In this document: one piece after another, positions 57,637 to 64,000 of the stretch | Layout: every line of letters starts with the position of its first letter | How positions within the stretch are numbered: position 1 is the stretch's first letter | Assembly (NCBI GenBank): GCA_976226885.1 | Contig: OZ320317.1 | Span: 42,408,001 to 42,472,000, forward strand | Origin: Iphione sp. A-MEVVRFRX5 | Taxonomy: Eukaryota | Reading direction: 5' to 3' | DNA length: 64,000 nt | Translations under genes and position numbers: made by a program | Notes under the pieces: generated by a model | Told to the model about the DNA's origin: nothing | Database searches by the model: none | Seen by the model: the letters and a program-made list of their open reading frames with translations, nothing else

Positions 57637-60600
57637 GGCTAGGGAACGTCTGATCGGTCGCACGGTCAACTGCAGAGTGACCTGTGACGCACCAGCCGTT
57701 GATACTCAATGACCCCCCAAGAGGGCGCCACCCCCTTGGGAACAACTTGGCAACCGAACAACCCAACACGCGACAGCTCTCTAGATTCTGTCATCTGCTC
57801 CAGTGATACCATGCCACCACAACCACGAGTCGATTCGCCCACCTAACCATCTTCCCAGCTCTCCTGTCTAAAATCACGATAAAAACTCCAAGCCTCAGTT
57901 ACCACTACCGGACTGAAAATGCCATTTACCTGTTCTGAAGTATTCTGCCTTCAGTCTTCCTCTCATACTGGTTTCATCTTCGTCTACGTCTTACTCTAGT
58001 TTGGTATCCTCTGATCAACCTATCCAACACTATCACTCCACAAATCTCCCGTAGCCATTGGCGTGACACACTGGAGCTACAGCCCACACGACCATGTATC
58101 CTTCTACCATCATCTGTCTGCAACCTGCCACCCCGTCTATAATAAGTGTCTATGGGGTCTATCCGAAATTGTTTTCCATTCACGATCCCATCCTCCGAGC
58201 CCTCTCCCCTCTCATACGAAGATCCTGAAGTCTTTATGCCCTCCCCTTTCCCTCCAAACCCCCACATTTAGCGACCTTTCCTTCTTATTCTCTGCCTTTC
58301 ACAATCCACAATCTCCACCACTGCACCACCTTATTTACCTTCCATACGGTCGAACCTCCAAGCCAATTAATCCCCCCCCCACACCCCAAACATGTACCCT
58401 TTGCCCACCTTCTACCCCGGTGCGCGGACTAACCTTCGCCGGCGGTCGTACGTAGAGCCAAGTTGAGCCGACCCGGCGTCGGTGTACAGAGCACGGATTA
58501 GGACGAGTTACGGTGGCCTGCGACCCTAGGCACCTACCCCTGCCACAGCGCCTTAGCTGGATAAAACAGAGAGCTACATACGTCTGTAAGAAAGACGCTT
58601 TATTACGGAGACAACTCGAAGGAGGAGGACAGACAAGTACTTAAGGGGGATTAGAAAGAGGCAGGGAGAGAGGGGGGAGAAGGTAGAGAAAGTAGAGAAG
58701 GGGGTATATAGGTAGAGGCAACGACAGGAATATTAACTTTACCAACGCTAACATAAACATCAACAGCACCAAGACCATCTCGGCCAGCAACGGCAACAGC
58801 AACAAATTAAAAAAAACAATATCTACGTCAATGTCAACACGATACTCCTGTACTGCGCCACACCCAGAATAACAACATCAACAGAACTAATATCATGTTT
58901 ATTAACACTGGGATCCACATCGACAGCACTAACGAAAACCAACACAGACAGAAACACACACAAAAAACTATTCAATTCAATTCAATTACAGATATAGATA
59001 CAAAGTCGGAGGAGTGGGAGTAGTAGTAGTCGCAAGAGGGGTAGAATATGAAAACTGGGGGGGGGGGGCGAAAAAACAGGAGGGGGCTGGGAGGAAGGAA
59101 GGATGGGACGAGAACGAGTTTCCTCCGTCTTTCTACTGTTCTCGTCTCTTCAATGCGATGCAATGGCACTCTAGGGTGATAAGATGCTGCTGAATATATT
59201 GGGAATGAAAACGAGTGTGGCAAAGAGACATAAAACATACGATAAATAGATAGCAAAGGAAAACTGAGGTGAGTAAGGAGAAGGACGGGTAGAAGGTCAG
59301 AAAACGAAAGTAATGTGAAGAACTCCGGTTTTAGTGAAAGGGATAGGTATAAGAAGGGCTGATACATTGTAGTAGAACAGTAGGGAGTGGGGAGAAGAAT
59401 ACAGCGAGACAAACAGAAAAAATAAATAAAATAAAAAAACATGAGTTAAGATTGGAGGCAGGACTGACAAGCAAGAATGAATATTGGATGACAAATGCCG
59501 GAAAGGGAAATGATATGGCTGAGAAGGAAATAAAGAATAAAAGATGGCGAAAGAAAAAAAAATTGGCAAAAATGGCCTTTAAATACGGCATCCAGTTATG
59601 AATGCGCTGTGTCGCGGTGATGAGATCTGGCTCATCAATGGCCACTGGGCATGGTTCACTCAGATAAGATTCCTCCCCAAAGCCACACTGACGTCCACCT
59701 TCAGGGGACTTGGATGAGGCGGACCCTGGATGAGCGAGATGTGCGCGTATGTTGATTTGGGGAGAAATGAAATTCCCTTCACAGTATGTTCTTTCTAGAG
59801 CTCCAGGTTTTGATCAGAATTCCTCTTGAAGGATTTCTAAAATGAGACCCATACCAAATACCCAGAGATACAACTGTTCATGAGAAATAGTCCATGTCCA
59901 CTTACCATGCATTTTATTAAAATTACACTTTCGAGCAATATTGTTAATCCAATACATAAAAAACATGGCCCCAATAACCAGTACCATGATGTACTTTCTT
60001 TGTTTGTTATATATAGTGCAAAATCAGGTTATTGTAAATAAGATTTGGTTTAAAGATTTCGACCGACCCAATCCACATGTATCCAAATTTATCTATTTAG
60101 TACAAAGTTGTATTCTATTTAGTTTTTTTCTTTTATTTCAAGCTTAGCCCAAATAGGTCTTTGGTCTATTCAGATTCGGATTCAAAAAGTGGTTCTATAT
60201 ATTTAAGCGTCATGCAGCAGACACGACTGACATGATAGCTTGTCAAGTCCTGTCCAATGATCTGCTAAACTTCAAACCATAAACATTGTCAGGTCTCCGC
60301 CTGTAACACAATTAGAACTCAGGAAGACTTGTATTTCAGTTTAGTTGATCCTTTGTTGCTGAAGTAGTTCACAAGAACAGTTCTTGGAGTAATCCAAAAA
60401 TGTACAGAAAATGTGATCATAGCATAACAAGAGGTCATACTTTGAGGTTGCACCTTAGCCTTTAGACATTGATCTAGGTTACTGTAGGGTTAATAATTTT
60501 ATTAACCTTTGCAACTGCATCATAACCCATTACTAATGTCTTTTCCATTTTTCTTATTAGAAACAACACTCAACAACTTCCTTTTGACATCTTACTCCGA

Positions 60601-61353
60601 GAGTTTTATAATGTCAGTGTGCCTACTAAAATAACCGTTTTACTGCTCGTCCCATCAAACATGTCAGCCATGAATGCATAATACAACTCATCTGTTAACC
60701 TGCACAAACAGTACTTTAATCCTTATATCTGTTCACTATACAATGTGTTTACTTTCTATACAGTTCATAACAATATACGTAAGGGTATCCCAATAAAACA
60801 GTGTTATCTCACTTTGTCACATAATGCTATCTGAATACCATGTGTTATCTTAATTCCTGTACATGCTTCCCAGTGGGTAACAATAATAAAGCAGAACCCC
60901 TGTGTTACAAGCCATATTGACTGATGTAAAGCTGACGGAAATAATATGCTGTCTATTTTGACTAGAAATTAAGTATTCTTTGCGGTATCTCGTCTCTAAT
61001 CACTTTTTCTGTTTCACTGACTTCTAATTTTAAGTCTTATTGTTAATGTCTTGCTGATGCTGTTGTTTGCCCTTTACACAGAGTTTTCCTTTCCCTTCAC
61101 CCTTGTCTCCTCTTCCACAGGTAGCTCTCCGTCTTTCCGTTGCTTAAGTCTTATTCTCTTTCTCTATATTCGAGGCAGTTTAAATTGCTTATCTTCCCCC
61201 TTTCAGCTGTTTGAATTCGTTCATCGTCTATGTCTGCTCTCCCTTCTCCCTCTCCAGAGTCTATCTATTCTTCTAACTTTCCTATTCGTCTCCCTTTGCT
61301 CCTGAAGAGGCTCTTTTCTTACATTTTCTTCCTCTTTTACCTCCCTCCTTCCA

Positions 61354-61355
<2 letters not shown>

Positions 61356-61396
<41 letters not shown>
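61356..61396. repeat. (CT)n microsatellite
   Basis: Directly visible. Confidence 0.95.
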
Positions 61397-61402
<6 letters not shown>

Positions 61403-62323
61403 TTACTTTTGCGTGCACACCCTTCCCCATCATTACCCGCCCTCCTTTCCCGCCATCCCTCGCCTCCAAAAGGATTAATGCTCCAATCGCCAATGTATCG
61501 ATTGGTGCAGCCAAGTGGCGCATATTGCCATGTCAATTATTGGTGTTCATGGACAGGACGGTGGGCTGACTAGCACAGAGGCACGGCCCATATATTCACG
61601 GTAGTGGCGACTGGGCAGAAGGGGGAAGGGTTGTAATGTCGGATGCTGGCGGGGTTGGAGGGGGTATTGCGAGGGTGGATGGGGTGACGAGTTATGGATG
61701 TTGATTGTGGAGCTGCAGGGTAGAAGGAGGGAGGGAAACATACAGGCTAACTCTAATAGGGAATTAGGTATGGGAAGTTGGGGAGGTAGAGGAGGGACGG
61801 AATAGAAGAAGATGGGAACGATGGGAAAAGACGAGGAGACATGAAGTTGATACCACGGAAAGAAATATATTTAGAGGCAACATCGATGTATTCATTGTAC
61901 TGAGAGATGGGATTAGGGGGAGAGATACGCGGAGGAAATCGGATGAAAAGTTCGATAAATTGGTACTGATTGATAAATTTACGACGCTAAGGATTGCAAA
62001 TGAGGTTAAAAATGTAAAGCGACAACTAGAGACGGCTAGATATTGAGAGACAGAGGGGGGTTGCAGGAAGGAAAGGATTGAGAATAAGACAAATAAAAGA
62101 GTCAAGACCACCACTGACAAAGAGGCTAATAGCATAGGACCAGGTACAGGTGGAGAGATAGGTGGATTAAGGTAACATACTAAGGAGAATAAATGAGAGT
62201 ATTAATACCCGAGAGGAAATTAATCTCAGTTCAACATTAACGTACTTGCCCTCCACCATTAGAAGGCTTAACATCTCCATACATATATTAAATCCTCCAG
62301 TGTGTTGGTATCCCAGGAGGCGT

Positions 62324-62467
62324 NNNNNNNNNNNNNNNNNNNNNNNNNNNNNNNNNNNNNNNNNNNNNNNNNNNNNNNNNNNNNNNNNNNNNNNNNNNNN
62401 NNNNNNNNNNNNNNNNNNNNNNNNNNNNNNNNNNNNNNNNNNNNNNNNNNNNNNNNNNNNNNNNNNN
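62324..62467. other. Assembly gap (144 N)
   Basis: Run of N. Confidence 1.
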
Positions 62468-63859
62468 TTCATATAAAACACGGGAAAACCATATCGCTCT
62501 CTACTTAAAAGGTGGGGATCCTTTCATTATATTCTCCTCCGAAGTCTAGCCAAGGTAACGTACTGGGAGAACGTACGCATGGATGTGTCCGTGATTCATA
62601 CTGTATAGAAAGATAGGTACTGTCACATTGCTCCTTGCTGAAACTAGACCGAAGTGACAAGCATGAGATGGGTCGATCTCTAGTCGACACTGACTGCATT
62701 TTTTAAAATTCCAAACCATCTGGAACCATAATGTTCATTTCGTTCTATAATATTTACCCATTCGAGGAAGAGATTAAAACGAAGCCTGCAACATAGTAAA
62801 GACAACAGGGCACAAATCAGCACTACGAACTACCATGTCAACATGAAACGGTAGACTATTGCCCCTCAGAACAATTTAGTCAGCCTTTTTAAGGCTTGAT
62901 CCGGATTGGAAGCGAATGAAAGCATGCCTATCGGTCGGTTCTTTTATTTGCCTGACAACCGTGACCCACTCACAGGAATCCTTCAGAACGTCCCTCATCC
63001 TCCAGGCCCTTTCTATAGTTAACATCACACACACGAGAAGCCGGATGCTTGCCCATCGCGCCTCCAAAACCAATTTTCTGCTTATTGTCGCCATCTTTGA
63101 AAGCGTGCTCAAACATCGATTTTGCTTCAAAGAAATAAGTAAGATTCACACTGGAGATAGAAGTGATTATTGTAGATACAGTGAGAGGGAGAGAGGGAGG
63201 AAGGAGGGAGATCTCAGTCTGCATTACAGTATTACACTGACGAAAACAAAAAGGTTTTTCGATGCTTGGCCCTTTATTCTATTATTGAGTAACCGTGTCA
63301 GTTTAGGTTTCATCACAAATGGGAAATAAATGCACAATGTATATGTCTGAAGTCTTAAACACTAGCATCATGCATTGCTCTTTCGTTATCGTCAGCGTCG
63401 TAATTCCAACCTAGCTCTAGCTGTTATCGGCTCCGAAATAGAGTGATGTTTGGTATGACATCCCTAAAATGATCCGACATATTTTTACACTTAAATGATG
63501 GATTTATTCAGAGTGTGTCTTTTCAATGCTCTTGTTTTTTAGTTTATTTCCGAATCCCTGTCAGATATGCACTGCTACTGTGGCACGTAACCTGGAAATG
63601 GAAGCCATTTTCATTGGATCAGATGTAATTGATTCAGAGCTGTCCCAAGCACATTTCGAGTTTCCATTTGTATACCCCACAAGGCTCGAATTGCTACTAT
63701 AGAGATGTTGACCAATAGGAAGTTTGGTGGCCATCCACTGTGCTGCTGCGTGTATTCAACATGTTAGCATATTGATAATTTCATATTTACCCTTTTAGGT
63801 TTAAGTATTAAGAGAATACTATGACAGTGTGCGGATATAACCGGCCACACAAGCTCACC

Positions 63860-63912
63860 CTGGAATCGCATACAGACCTCTCCCTGCAGGCTCGGTCTGT
63901 ATGCGATTCTAG
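63860..63912. repeat. Perfect 16-bp inverted repeat hairpin with 15-nt spacer
   Basis: GAATCGCATACAGACC (63863-63878) and GGTCTGTATGCGATTC (63894-63909), extendable to 18/19. Confidence 0.9.
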
Positions 63913-64000
63913 GAGAGCTAGTCAGCCAGTTATATCTGCGCATTGTCACAGTATTCTATTTATTATACTCCTCTATCAAAAAAAAACCTTTCTGACCTGT

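Noticed and set aside
57905-57932. Weak inverted similarity to 53621-53654 as a DIRS ITR
   Set aside because: Only a 10-bp exact core (ATGGCATTTT), compatible with chance.
59331-59813. 161-codon open frame on the minus strand
   Set aside because: Half of it is low-complexity T-rich sequence, with no convincing splice sites or homology.
61480-62320. Possible decayed LINE endonuclease (IIDMAIC...W)
   Set aside because: Motifs are too degenerate and cut by the N gap, so it was not listed as a feature.

Overview
AT-rich, repeat-dense eukaryotic DNA, probably from an invertebrate animal. I see no prokaryotic operons, rRNA, tRNA or CRISPR, and there is one N gap. One spliced host gene is recognisable: a BTB-BACK 'serine-enriched protein' (Drosophila gprs-like) on the minus strand, with four phase-consistent exons between 2079 and 13123; its first coding exon was not found. 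Three young mobile elements dominate the rest. (1) A complete TTAA-flanked piggyBac (38465-41349) whose transposase is split by two spliceosomal introns and carries one 1-nt frameshift. Its left end has three palindromes phased at 34 bp, shared with a 354-bp MITE at 8199-8552. (2) A full-length, ORF-intact RTE LINE (about 44182-47695) with a 10-11 bp TSD and a well-formed HDV-like ribozyme fold in its 5' UTR. (3) A DIRS/Ngaro-type tyrosine-recombinase retrotransposon (53759-57636) in which reconstructed gag and pol appear to be in one frame, separated by a single TAG followed by a strong stem-loop (candidate readthrough signal). Also present are a decayed Tigger/pogo, decayed LINE remnants, several MITEs, hairpins and mini/microsatellites. 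Most short ORFs in the supplied track look spurious. All alignments and folds were done by eye; no database searches were run.
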